64,000 nt of DNA, from positions 154,132,001 through 154,196,000 of the forward strand of contig OX597814.1 in assembly GCA_951406725.2 (NCBI GenBank), read 5' to 3'. Position numbers and translations under genes: made by a program. This document shows, in pieces, positions 24,887 through 38,179 of the stretch. The notes below the pieces were generated by a model. That model was not told the DNA's origin. It ran no database searches and saw nothing but the letters and a program-made list of their open reading frames with translations. Position 1 is the first letter of the stretch. Every line of letters starts with the position of its first letter. This DNA comes from Octopus vulgaris (taxonomy: Eukaryota).

Positions 24887-25082
24887 TACACTGACATGAC
24901 TGTGTGTCTATATGTGATTGTTCCTTTCTTTATTAGTCATGTGTGTAGTTTGTCTTGTGTTCTGTCTATTTATTATATGTTGTAATAGCTCCACTATCAA
25001 CTTGGTTTAAAACATATCAACTTAAAATGCTATATTTATACCCCCCCAAACACTCCTGTTTATAAATAGCTCTATCTGTCTT

Positions 25083-25123
<41 letters not shown>

Positions 25124-28100
25124 TTCATCAGGGTTGAGGTGATTCCCTATTTAATTATCCATTTTCCTTTTGGCCTCTCTAAATGATAAATTTTTGTTTA
25201 TTTATCATTTTTGCTTTTTACTGCATTCATTTTTTTTTGTCATATTTTATTTTCCTTTTGTTTACCAAAGAGAAATTTTTCATAACATCAATTTTCCTGT
25301 TCAATATTCCTGTTATGTGTATCTAACCAGCGTGTGTGTATGTTTAGATTTGTGTAGCAAGAAACTGTAGGGTTTAGGAAGTGGGGACACATACACACTT
25401 GTGCGTATACTCACTCAGATTCTTTTCTCTGTTTGTGTGTGTATATGCATGCAATACATGTAGTTATAGATGAATGAGGGCATATGTATGTATACACACT
25501 GAGTGTATATCCCCTTATATCGTAGTTAGGGACTTTTTTGTATTTGGGTTATCAGATTGAAAGACATGTTATCACACATTATTACATACCACATAGAAAT
25601 AGAGCTCATTAGCTTTTTTTTCTTTTGCTCTTTCAAAAAGCATTAACTTTCCCAGTTAGACTTATTCTACTTGTGTTGATAAAGGCATAAATCACTACAG
25701 CACTTTATCAATATTCAAAAGGTTGTTTTCTTTGGCACATTTACATATATAATTACTACTGTGTTATATATACGTGACCATGGCTGTACACAATATGTAT
25801 GTTTTTATGTCAGATAAAAATAGTGTAATATAACAAATAAGATTCTCTGCTAGTTAAACGTAACCAAGAAATGCAACAAATGGCTGCACAAAATATAAAA
25901 TTTATATATTTTTTATTGTGAAGACTATAAGGAGAATTATATTATTTTTTCAAATGGCCCCACTTCATCATATTTTTATAATTCCACTACTGCCTCCGCA
26001 AGCAGTTAATTTTTGTGCACTATTTGATATTTAAATAGCAAAACAAAGGAAAGCATATGTGTTAAATCTCTGATGCTCTTGTGCATTTTGAGAGAAAAAT
26101 CATAATTTCTGAAAAACTATATTGATATGTTTGTGTATTTGTTTTTCAAGATTCTTGATGTGACATGTGTTGAGACAGAAGATGACCATCCCTAAGTATA
26201 ACAATAAGAATCTTGAAATGTTGACTAAATGCAAAATTGTTTGTCTACAGATAAGATGCCAAAACTTTTTTAGATTCTGTTACTCTGTGTGTGTGTGTGT
26301 GTGTGTGTGTACATGAGAGAGAGAGAGAGAGTCTAGTTGGACAGCATTCTAAAATCATAGCATTCTCAGTGTATCTGATATGGATTTCGTCCCCTCTTTA
26401 TTTGAATATTTCAAACTTTGGTGCAGCTGGAAAATAAAATATTTAAAAATGAAAATTTCGATATAACTGTTAATTTGAATTTTATTATTTTTTTTATTTA
26501 TTACAATTTTTGTTTTCTCTTTAAAAAAAAATTTTAACATTTTTATTTCTGCATTAGAAATTTAAAGAAAACTTTTTTGGCCTTTTGGGATTTGGTTCAT
26601 ATAATGAAATATTTACATTGAATAAAATGATAAAGAAAGGAATTATTAAAAATTTTTTAATAAGTTTTTTTTTTTATTTGTTTGTTTAAATATTTTGTTT
26701 TTCAAATAAAATTATAATATAAAACTTTCTAAACCAAAATATTTAGTTCATTTCTATTTTCTATGCTAGATAAACCATTTAAGTTCTCTGCCCTTCAGCA
26801 AACAATTTTCAGTCTGTTTTGGTTTCTGTGAAAGGACAACTGGGCTTATATTTTATCTCTTGCCACCAAACATTATTTAAGGCTAATATTGTCCTTGGAA
26901 AAATTATGAACATCACACAACCTGATTTGCATTCCTTTTATTGATATAGATCGTAATGTCCATACCAGAAACTAACAAGTAATTATTATTAATTATACTT
27001 GATATTTCAAATGCAAGGCATTGAAAAAAAATTAAATTTTTAAGAATGCTAGATAAATTAACTATTTTTCTATTCACTAAAGTTTGGTATCTCAGAATTA
27101 TGCAAATTATTATTTTTTTCTTTTGTAACTCTTAGACATTAAAATAACAACTATGTTTTGCAGTTTATGAATACAGAACACAGATTTTTTTGCCCTTCCC
27201 AACAAGCAAAAATATCCTTTGCTGACTGAACTGAATTTCTATTGAGCTTAATATATCATACATGGTAACAATTGCAGAGATTTTTTAATATATATTTATA
27301 TTTTTGACTAAGTGATGCCACAGTAAATACTAACTGCATTTAAACTAGCTAAACTAAAATATTGATTACTAAACAGTTTCAGATTTCATTATAGTTTTCT
27401 TGTTTTTCCATGTCAAAATAGAGGACACAAAATGTAACCAAAACCAGAAGTCTTTCACTGATACTTCTCAGAATAATAAAATATCAGATTTTATATTGAA
27501 AATTTGTAAACAAACTATTCAAAATCAAAGATCATCGCAGTTCCAAAATGTGATGTTCACCTGAATCTAGTTTATATTTGATAATTACTAAAAGACACCG
27601 TTATGATGAGTCTTGGCCAAACCTTACTTTACAATTGATTTTTCACTTATTTTCTTATCTTAGTAATATAAAAATCCAGTCTTGTTAAATTACCTATGCT
27701 AAATAATTGTTGGAGGTTGCAGCTTACCTCAGCTTGTCTAGAAATAATAGCTATTAATAGCAATTATTAAAAAAAAAATGAAATAAATGAAGAGAAAATC
27801 TGATGGTGAAAGGGGGAAACAAACTATATTTTTATAATAAATTTAAGGAAATCCATTCCAATTATATGGAGAATATCTAAATATCCTTGAAAAAAAATCT
27901 TATGCAAGGTAGCACAGATGCCGACAAAACAAATTACTAATCATTTTATAATCCTTTGCTGATAGCTTACCTCTGGACTAACTAAACTAATTTAATCTAT
28001 TTCTTCATAGCCATTCCAGATATTATTACATCTTTGTAAAAAGAAACAAAAAGAAAAAAAAATGCATGCTTGGATTTTATTTTTCTATGATCTGGTTTTT

Positions 28101-28649
28101 TGTTCTAATCTTTGTCAACTAATCATCATAGCTATGTTTGTCCATATATTTAGTGATCATGTCATTTCATCTAAAACTTTGCCATACATTGGTATTTTGA
28201 GGTTTAACTTTCTTTGCAGGTGCTGATTATGACAAACCACTGGAAGATCGCAATAAAAGTAAAAGAAAATATCAACCTCTCAGGAGATATAGTCTGGCAT
28301 ACTGGTTAGGGTTTTGATGTCTACTGCCTGTGTGGAAGTTGGTTGAATATTGTGGCAGCATAGTATTTCTTGATGTGGGGCAACATTTGCTGTATAAACT
28401 GAAACATTCTTCAAGATTATAGAGCCACATTTCTCTATGTAGGACTTTTAATTTCCTTGCTAATGAATTAAATATTATAGTTTCAAACTGATGTGTTGTT
28501 GTTTTTTAAATAAAAATATTCTATACAGAAATTGGTTATTGTACTTGTTGTAAATGCTAAACATCAGAATCACTGATTTTATGCATCTCTCTTTGCACAT
28601 CTTCATCATAGTAAAGAATTCCCTTCTTCATGACCTGAAAAAACTTTAA

Positions 28650-28830
28650 CTCTTCAACATTCAGATCACTCTGTCACATGTAATTAATCATACATTATCT
28701 CATACCTTCAAGATTTCAATATGATTGTGCAATTTTAGAATGGCATTGTAGGATAAGTGTGAGGGGTCAGATCTAACTGGTTTGAACATAAAACAGGTAG
28801 AATATTTGAGCCAGATTAAATGCTAAGATG
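28650..28830. mobile_element. Decayed piggyBac-like MITE
   Basis: Flanked by TTAA (28646-28649, 28831-28834) with degenerate inverted termini. A related half element ending GAATGCTAAAGGGTTAG lies at about 35400-35504. Confidence 0.4.
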
Positions 28831-29577
28831 TTAAACTTTAATAACTACCAACCTTATGCAAAGTGTGACCTACATAGGGTATTGGTCCCACATCTGAGAC
28901 AGTGCTACTGGTACACATAAACATCCTAGACTATATCAAAAGAGGAAAATAGAGATGGTAGCACCTGACTAATTGGCATGAAAATATTCACCAACATACT
29001 TTAAATTTTCTGGTCCACAAACATGACATTTCCTCTCTCTCTCTCTCTCTCTCTCTTTTCTACTGTTACTTACAGTACAGCTGGCTGATATTGTGCCTCC
29101 TCCACTCAAGTACTCCCAAATCACTCATCATGCATACTGTGTTTCCGCCTCCAAGTCCCATGCTAAATGCTATACTGAGTTCTCTGGAAATTCACTTCTG
29201 TGTATGTCTTTCCAGCAATCAACTTGCATTCTGTTCAGTCTTGTTAGTTTTTAAGGGTCTGTGAAAGCAATGGGCTCTTTCTTTCATATCAATATAAGAC
29301 CACTGCCTTTTTTTATATCACTTAAGGAACCTGTGATGTCAATATAAATATGTGTGATGAAGAATTTCTAATTTTCAAGTCTGTTGTAATGCTTTTGGTA
29401 AACGAATGTTACCATCAAAATATGTTTTAGATCTTTAATCTGAACATATTTAAAAACTTCCAACCATTCTCTTGACATTGCAAATGCTTCGTCAACCATT
29501 TTATACATACACATACATACATATATATGTATATATATATATATATCTTCTTTTACTTATTTTATACATATATATAT

Positions 29578-29945
29578 CTTCTTTTACTTATTTCAATCAT
29601 TTGAATGTAGTCATGCTGGAGCACTGCCTTTAGTTGAACAAATCGACCCCAGGACTTATTCTTTGTAAGCCTAATACTTATTCTATTGGTCTCTTTTGCT
29701 GAACTGCTATGTTACAGGGACATAAACACACCAACATCAGTTGTCAAGCGATGGTATGGGGACAAACACAAATACATACATACACATATGGGCTTTCAGT
29801 TTCCATCTATCAAATCCACTCACAAGGCTTTGGTTGGCCCGAGGCTATAGTGGAAGACACTTGCCCAAGATGCCACACAGTAGAACTAAATCCGGAACCA
29901 CGTGGTTGGGAAGCAAGCTTCTTACCACACAGCCAAGCCTGCACC
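29578..29945 (-). mobile_element. SINE family A, near full length
   Basis: Close match to 40-433. Confidence 0.85.
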
Positions 29946-29961
29946 TATATATATATATTCG

Positions 29962-30003
<42 letters not shown>

Positions 30004-31690
30004 TCCATTGGCATTGCTTTATTTCATTTTACAGTTTCACTAATATTAAGCTCATTGTTATTACCTCCTGTTTCCATTTTTTTGTTATTAATATGTTTGC
30101 TGTGTTTTTTGTATATTTTTAATTGATAAATATTTAACGAATTCTGTGCAAGCAAGCCTATACAGACCATTTAAGGCATTTTTACATTTGAGTTTATTTA
30201 ATGCTTAATGAAATTCTTGGTTTGTTTGATGTATGACTCTAATAATCCTGCTGGCCTTCTGTGTTTCTAGTTTTTCACTTGCTTTGTGGTTTGTAGAGTG
30301 ACTCATTGCAATAGGAAGCTATTTCAGGTCAAGTTTGAAGCTGACTAATTCTGAACTCTCTTTTTAACCTTCTCTTACATCACACACTGCAAATGGGAGA
30401 AGATCTCACAAAGAATGTTAGCCATTTCTCTCTCTCTCTCTCAACATTTTCAGCTTTTTATTTAAATTACTTTGGCAAATAAATGTTGTTTCAAGGTGGT
30501 AGGTTTTAAATGTACTGTTGACCTCATCTAAACAAGATATTAGAAACTATTAAAAAAGTACTTCTAGTCATTTATCTTGGACTTTTAATTTTGGTTTGTT
30601 AATAAAAAAGAAACACACCCAAATGGCTACAAAGTGATTTTGTTAAAACATTCAAGGAAGCACAAGAAAAAAGGGGAGCTTACAGTGATATATGGAGGGA
30701 TTTTCAAAAATATATGCTTCTGTAACTGAAAAACCAATATGGTTTTATTAAATAGGTAAAAGCTGATTTAATGTTTAGAATATTAAAAAGCCACATTACT
30801 ATGCTGCAGAACAGAAGACCAATATAGTTTACAAGTATGGAAGACAACACTTACCATGTTCTGTTCTTGGAACTTTTCAGTGTAATTTTTATTTGTTGTT
30901 TTTTTTTTTCTTTTTCTTGTTTCAGTCATTGGACTGCAGCTATGCTTGAGCATTACTTGAAGGGTTTTAGCTGAACAGATCAACTTCAGTATTTTTTTTT
31001 TTTTTTTAGTTTGGTACTTATTCTATTGGTTTCTTTTGTTAAACTGAAAAGTTATGGGAACATAAACAAACCAACACAGGTTGTCAAGTGGTGGTGGGGC
31101 TACAGACATAGGCACAAAGATGTGCACACACACACATATATATATACATACATATATATATATATGTATTATATATGGTAAATGAAAGTCGGAAGATGGA
31201 ACATATGACAATTTTTATTATTAATCACGATGATTGTTTCGACATGTCTAGCATCGATCCCTCATAGGTGGGACACTTAACTGGTTCAGAAGCATCCAGT
31301 GTTGTAGATGTGCTTCATTGGGTGATAAATAGATACAACTCGTTAAAAGAACATTTCTGCATGACAGGCTTAGCAGGCTTCTTAGCTATACAATCCTGCC
31401 ATGTTGAACTAACAGTAATTAATCACTAAGTAAGAAAAGTAGATGACCAAGTATTACTAGTAACATTGACAAAATAAAAGATAGCTCAGGAGGGGTTGTA
31501 GAGATGCTGGAGTTGAGGTGAGTAGAAATGTACTGAGAAGAAGAGTTAAAATGAAAGAGAGCTTAAGCAAAATTCTTCACATTCAAGAAGCATGTGTTCA
31601 TTTAATGTGTTGTGTTTTTTTTTTTTGCCATGTCGGTTGAACAGGGAGTTGTGTGAGGCAGGATTTTAAATGTGCTTTCAGTCACTAACC

Positions 31691-31920
31691 TATTTTTTTA
31701 CTACCCACAAAGGGCTAAACACAGAAGGGACAAACAAGGACAGACAAACGGATTAAGTTGATTATATCGACCCCAGTACGTAACTGGTACTTATTTAATC
31801 AACCCCGAAAGGATGAAAGGCAGAGTCGACCATGGCAGAATTTGAACTCAGAACGTAATGGCAGACGAAATACTGCTAAGCATTTTGCCCGGCGTGCTAA
31901 TTTTTCTGCCACTTTGTTGC
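31691..31920 (-). mobile_element. SINE family B with perfect 16-bp TSD
   Basis: TSD CTTTCAGTCACTAACC at 31675-31690 and 31921-31936. Confidence 0.88.
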
Positions 31921-32299
31921 CTTTCAGTCACTAACCCTTATCTATTTTTCAAGTAAGAAATTTTTTTATGCCAGAGGTCATTGAAAGTGGGAAATGACCG
32001 GTCACAGTGTGAACAGGGAACTTAAACATCTTCACCATATTGCTGTCTACTTAATGTTCCATTCACTTCCATGCCACAGCAGCATGGAGGTAAATGGAAC
32101 AGTAGACAAAACCATAGAAACTGAGAAAAAGCCTGGAAAGATTGGAAGGAAAGTGAGACCAGAAAATATCAGGTAACTAGAAGAGAAGCTAGGCATCAAG
32201 TATACATAATGTGGAGAGATGCTGAAAATAAGGGGCTTGATAATGCTATTTGCAACAGGAAGATTAGAGTTGTGTGTCTATCAATGTGAACTTGGATGT

Positions 32300-34100
32300 T
32301 ATTGGGGTAAAATGTGTTCAAAATGATATTGTTACTGAAAAGGAAAAGCTTTGGAAATGTTAGAGCGGGAGGTTGCTGAAGAGAATGTGTAGAAGTTGAC
32401 TTAAAAGAAGAACCAACTATTGAAGTTGGCAGCTATAATGTTGAAAGGGCAATTAAGGATATGAAGATAGAGAAAGTAGTCAAACTATCAATGACAGCTG
32501 CTGAGGTCCTGAAAATATCCAGCAAAGTAGGACATGGGTTGGTCACTCATACATTCAATCAGGTAGTCCAAGAAGGGTTCATATGAGGGTGGGCTGAAAA
32601 GTTCATAGGTTGACAATGAAGAGCTATAAAATCTGGTATGCATTAATTTCAACACTTCTTATTAATAACTGTATTGTTTCTTTCCAGGTAAACTCAGCTG
32701 ACTGCTCAAAGAACATTTCAAAAATAACTAGTAGTGACTTCTCTTGAAAATGGACAAAATTTGGCATCATGGTGTTATCAAATACCTGCAAAAAAGGGTT
32801 TAACTCCCACCCCCTGAGATTCATGCTGATACTATTACTACATTAGAGGATGATGCTCCAGCTTTATCAATACTGCAAAAGTAAGCAGTTAAATTTAGGA
32901 GGGGAAGAGATAATCTTAAAGGTGACCCAAGATCCTTTAACTGCCACCACTGAGGAAAACATTGTGTTTACCACATGGTGATGGATGACAGGTGATTGAC
33001 TACAATCCATGTAGTAGAAACACCCCTTATCACATGCTCCAAAAAGGCCATGGTCACTTCATCTACAAGGAAGGTGATGGCCTCAGTTTTATGGGAAGCA
33101 AAAGGTGTTGTGTTTATGACTATCTTCAAAAGGGCTACACTATCAATGGAGAATACTATGCCAACTTGTTGAGGCAGTTATGAAAGGCTATCAAGACCAA
33201 ACACCCAAAAAAACTGATGAAAGAGGTTTTGTTTCATCAGGACAATGCTCCAGCACACAAGTCCTCGGTTTCAATGGCTGCTGTGCATGACTGTGGCTTT
33301 GAATTGGTTGGTCACCTTCCCTATTCTCCTGATTTAGTCCCATCTGACTCATCTGTTTCCCAACATAAAAAAAACTTAGCTGGGGATGAGTATTGCAGTA
33401 ATGATGATGTAATTTCTGGTGTTGATGACTTTTATGACCAACAGGATGACAGCTTCTTCACCAATGGGTCCAAACACAGCAACACCTGACATGAAGTATG
33501 TGAACTGGAAGGGGGACTATGTTGAAAACTAAACTTTGTTTGGTCACATTTCATGATAGTATCTTGGTTGGCCTTTGAACTTTTCAGCTGAACCTCATGG
33601 CCACTGACTGACAAAACAGTATTACTAACTGTAAAAGAGATGCTCTAGGAAGACGTAACCACAGAGGCACTAAACTGTTGGACCAACTTATGGAAGTAAC
33701 AGCATTATATAACTCAACTGAGAAGAAAGACAATTGTTAGACAAGACACAGTTCAGGTTGTTGCAAAGATGGAGTATCACGGATACTTTCTTTCTAATGA
33801 GACGGCTACAGAAGTTCTGTTATGAAAAAGTTACTATACCTAGCATTTGTTAATCTGAAGATGGTTTTGACAGAGTAGTCAAGTGATTGCTTAGAAAACT
33901 AGATGTAGCTGAATGGTTTGTGAAAGCTGCACAAGCTGTGTACAGAGATGCTGTCAAAAAGGTGAGATTTGGCCATGAGTTCCGTGAGGAAGTGAGCAAG
34001 CAGGTAAGTGTTGTAAGTGTTCATCAAGGCTCAGTTCTTGGCTTACTTCTGTTTCTTACAGTTCTCTTGGTCATAACAGAATTTTAAGGCAGGCTGTCTG
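32300..34100 (+). mobile_element. RTE-clade LINE reverse transcriptase remnant, split by a mariner
   Basis: Left part VERAIKDMK...TAAEVLKIS...HTFNQVVQEGFI; right part RDALGRRNHRGTKLLDQLMEV and LRKLDVAEWFVKAAQAVYRD...VHQGSVLGLLLF (RT motif GVxQGSVLSPLLF). Confidence 0.75.
32584..33597 (+). mobile_element. Mariner transposon remnant (internally deleted, pseudogenised transposase)
   Basis: 31-bp TIRs TGAGGGTGGGCTGAAAAGTTCATAGGTTGAC and GTTGGCCTTTGAACTTTTCAGCTGAACCTCA (24/31), TA on the left. Motifs DYLQKGYTINGEYYANLL, FHQDNAPAH and HLPYSPDLVPSD. Confidence 0.92.
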
Positions 34101-34927
34101 TCATTTCTGATTTAAGGCACAAGACCAGCCATTTTGAGGGAAGGGGAAGTAGTTGATACCATCAACACCAGTACTTGACTGGATGAAAGGTAAAGTTGAC
34201 TTCAGCAAGATCAAATGTGAAGAACTGCAACAAATACTGTAATGCATTATTTTCAACATTCTAACAATTCTTCACACTATATATATATATATATATATAT
34301 ATTGCCATCTGTGTATCATGCTAAATGTATACATATTGTTAGAAGACATGATGCTGAGGAATTGTCTGAAATAAATCTCTTTACAGACTTGTTGTGCTTT
34401 GATATATTGGAAATAGGGAATAATACATTTATTGATATTGTGAAGGCTTGACAAACTAGAAAAACTTGATATATTCAATTGAAACAGTATTAGAATAAAA
34501 TTGCCATCTGTGTATCATATTAGAAGGCATAGAGCTTGATAACATATGACAATATCTTCTGTATATTTTGCTGACTGTTTCCCTAATTCTCTTTCTGTGA
34601 TTGATATTCTACAGACTTGTAGCAGGAATATTTGGCAGTCCTAAAACAACTAAGAATGGAAACTAGATTACTGAGTTTCAACAATCAGAATTTGCGTTAG
34701 ACATTGATGATGTGAGCACATGACTAACCAGTCAGAACTCTGGCAGAAATGACTGTATCAACATGAATGCTAGGCAGCACTAAGGAATTGATCAGATTTT
34801 TGTTGAAGCCATTGTTTACAATAAGCAAATAAAACATGTAGACGAGGGAAATTAATTGTATCTGGCCCGAATATCCTACCTGTTTTATGTTCAACAAACC
34901 AGATCTGGTCTCTCATACTTATCCAAC

Positions 34928-34960
<33 letters not shown>

Positions 34961-36155
34961 CATCATTTAACATTTGTTTTCCATGGTGGAACAGGTAGGG
35001 TGGTTTGACAAGAGCTAACTAGCTGAAGGCTGTTCAAGCTCCATGTTTGTTTTGGCATGGTTTCTATGGCTAGATGCCTTTCCTAATGCCAACCACTTTA
35101 GAGTGTACTGGGTACTTTTACACAGAACCAGAAAGGATGCTTTTATGTGGCACCAGCACAGGTGCTTTTTACATGGCACTAGCACCCATGAGCTCACAAG
35201 GTAAGGATTGCTCAGCTGAAAGGGGATGCAAGGACAATCATGATTTATTTAGCTTGATGTGTCTTCTCAAGTGCAGCAAACCACCAGAAGTCACAGTCCC
35301 TTGTCATACCCTCTGTGAGGCCCAATGTCTGAAGATCCATTCTTGCCACTTGGTCTCACATTTTTCTGGGTTCACCCCTTTCACATGTTCCTAAAAATAA
35401 ACAATAACATCATCAATGTTATGAGATAATGCATGATTAATTCAAAACAATGTGAATAACTAAGCATTACATTTCTCAGAGTTATCGGAATGCTAAAGGG
35501 TTAGATAATGATGACGATTTCAATATGTATTTGGCATTTGCTAAATCCTGACATTTGTAATTAAAATTAATAATTTATCACTAGATACAGTTTGGCAAGC
35601 TCTCAATAATCAGGATTTGAAGAAGTGTAATGAAAAGCTGAAAATATTAATTATAAAGAGAAATAAATCAGTGACTATCTGTTTCATGTTAATGTCATTT
35701 TATCATACTGAGGTGGTTTGGCTGGCTCTGTTCCAGGGCAATATCTCTCGTCGATTCATTCATCATTTGATATACACAACACAATAAATAATTACTATGC
35801 ATTTTTAACAGATATCTATATGAGTTGTGAATGGTGGTAACTTCATAAAAAAACAGTAAAATAAAGTGATTGATACAAGAATCAATCATTTCACTTTATT
35901 TTGTACTTTTGATTTCCAGATATAGTCAACAGCTTGGACTGAGATAAGATAAGCACTGCTTAACCTATTACACGTGAGTCATCAATATTCATAAATGTAA
36001 ATATGATTGTGTGCATGTGAATGCATGCGTGTGTATTGGGGTTTTTTTTTTCAATATATTCAAAGATTAGCAATACATACAGTTGATGCAAGAAATTAAA
36101 TTTTCTGACATCATATTTTATACATGTATATATGTGTATGTGTATATATATATAG

Positions 36156-36192
<37 letters not shown>

Positions 36193-37981
36193 CACAGCTC
36201 ATGAGCTGAAACTAGAATCAATCAATCATATATATCGTCATCGAACATCTGTCTTCCATGCATGCATGGGTAGGATAGTTAATAGGAGCTCGCCAGGTAG
36301 AAGACTACTCCAGGCTAGTGTGCCTGTTTTGGCTGGGATTTTATGGCTGGATGCCCTTCCTAACACCAACCACACTGCAGAGTGGACTTAGTGCTTTTTA
36401 CGTGGCACTAGCAGGTGAAGTCGTTTTTGGTCTGATTTTTATGGCTGGATGCCCTTTCAAATGCCAACCACTTTACAGTGAGGACTGGATGCTTTTTACA
36501 TGGCACCAGCACTGACAGGGTCACCAAGTAACTTACAAAACAATATATACACACACACATATTTCCGTGATAGTTAGAGGTTGGGAAGCCAACCAACTAA
36601 TGGATAGTACCTATCCAATATACTGCTGGTAGTGTGCCCATTTATTAATACCCAAGTGCTGGTTATTGCATGGCAATTTTGCAATCGAGTGTCATATATG
36701 GGTGGGGGTAAAAGTGGTTTACCCTTAATTTTTACAGCAAAAAAAAAATGGAGGGGATACAAGAATGACATACATCAGCCAGCAGACATTCTACTATGTC
36801 TATTTATTCCAAAACAAGAGGGAGTATTATAAGAATACAAACATGTGCAAAGACTGTGTGCTGCACAAATATATACTAGTAATACAAAAAAGAGTAAAAG
36901 ATCAGTTCTTTATGGCCGTTTCTGTCAAGTGGCTGATATCCTCCATGCTAGCTCTATCTCTTTAGTGTTCTGTTGGGATGGGTAGATAGAGTTTGGAGGT
37001 TGAGTGTGCCTCTGATGAAGCATAGCGGATGGATGGATGGTATATCAGCCAAAATGTTGTGTTAACAACAAACAAGATGAGGACAAATATCTGTCAAATG
37101 TAAATAATGTAAATAATGAACTCAACCATTGTACTTATTTGTTATAAAGTCTGGTACTTATTTTATTGGTCCCTTTTTCCAAACTGCTTAGTTATGGGGA
37201 TGTAAACAAACTAACACCTGTTGTCAAGTGATGGTGGAGACAGACACAAACACAGAAACATTCACATATGTATATATACAAGAGTTTCTTTCAGTTTCCA
37301 TCTACCAAGTCCTCTCACAAGGCTTTGGTTTGCCTGGGGCTACAGTACATAATAGATGACACTTGTAGGGGAATTAAACCTGAATTCATGTGATCGGAAA
37401 GTAAACTTCTTACCACACAGCCACAAAGATGCTAAATACTAATGATTCAACAAAATCTAACAAACATTATAATTACTTGCATGTTATAATAATGTTATTT
37501 AAATGTACTGAAGTACAAAATTGCTTGAGTTTAGCCAAGCTTTCAATTTTGTTATTTTCTACCCACAGAAGTGTAGTTAGTATTTTAGATGACAAAGTTA
37601 TTAACAATAAACATTATACAAGAAGATGAAACCTTTGTTAATATTTCAACAGTATCTGATTAAGGTTTTTGATGTTTCAACCAAAATACGATAACAATTA
37701 TAAAGAGTATGTTTAATCAATCAAAACAAATTTTCTTTGTTATTCAGTACAAAAATTTTCAGTTACCAACAAACTTTTATTTCAACCATTATTTTTGAGA
37801 TTTTAGTCTGAGAATGTAAGTGTACTGTCCACAATTTTTTCTAAGATAGGTGATGCTCAAAATGTAAACAATGAAATGTTCCTCCTGAATAAAATTTTTT
37901 TAATGCTCCAAATGAATATAATTTTTAAATGTTCTAAAAGAATAAAATTCTTAAAAATGTTCCAAATGAATAGAATTTGCA

Positions 37982-38179
37982 TTAAACATTTTGTTTCTTG
38001 ATTATTTTACTTTTCATCACAGCTTCATTGATTTCAGTCTTGGAGAGAATTTCACAGGATTCTAATGCATATAATAGCTGTTGTTTTGCATTACCAATAA
38101 ACATATTGGCAAGAAAGTTTGGTAAACCTGATATTCCATTGGACATAGTAAACAGTGGTGGGATAACTGCTCCCATTAC
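37982..38179 (-). CDS. NUDT16: NUDT16-like exon 3 (65 aa plus stop)
   Basis: VMGAVIPPLFTMSNGISGLPNFLANMFIGNAKQQLLYAL matches the NUDT16 C-terminus (VLGLVRVPLYT...[23 protein letters not shown]). Acceptor TTTTTCAG before 38179, phase 0; TAA stop at 37984-37982. Confidence 0.92.
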   Translation of the reverse strand, partial: VMGAVIPPLFTMSNGISGLPNFLANMFIGNAKQQLLYALESCEILSKTEINEAVMKSKIIKKQNV

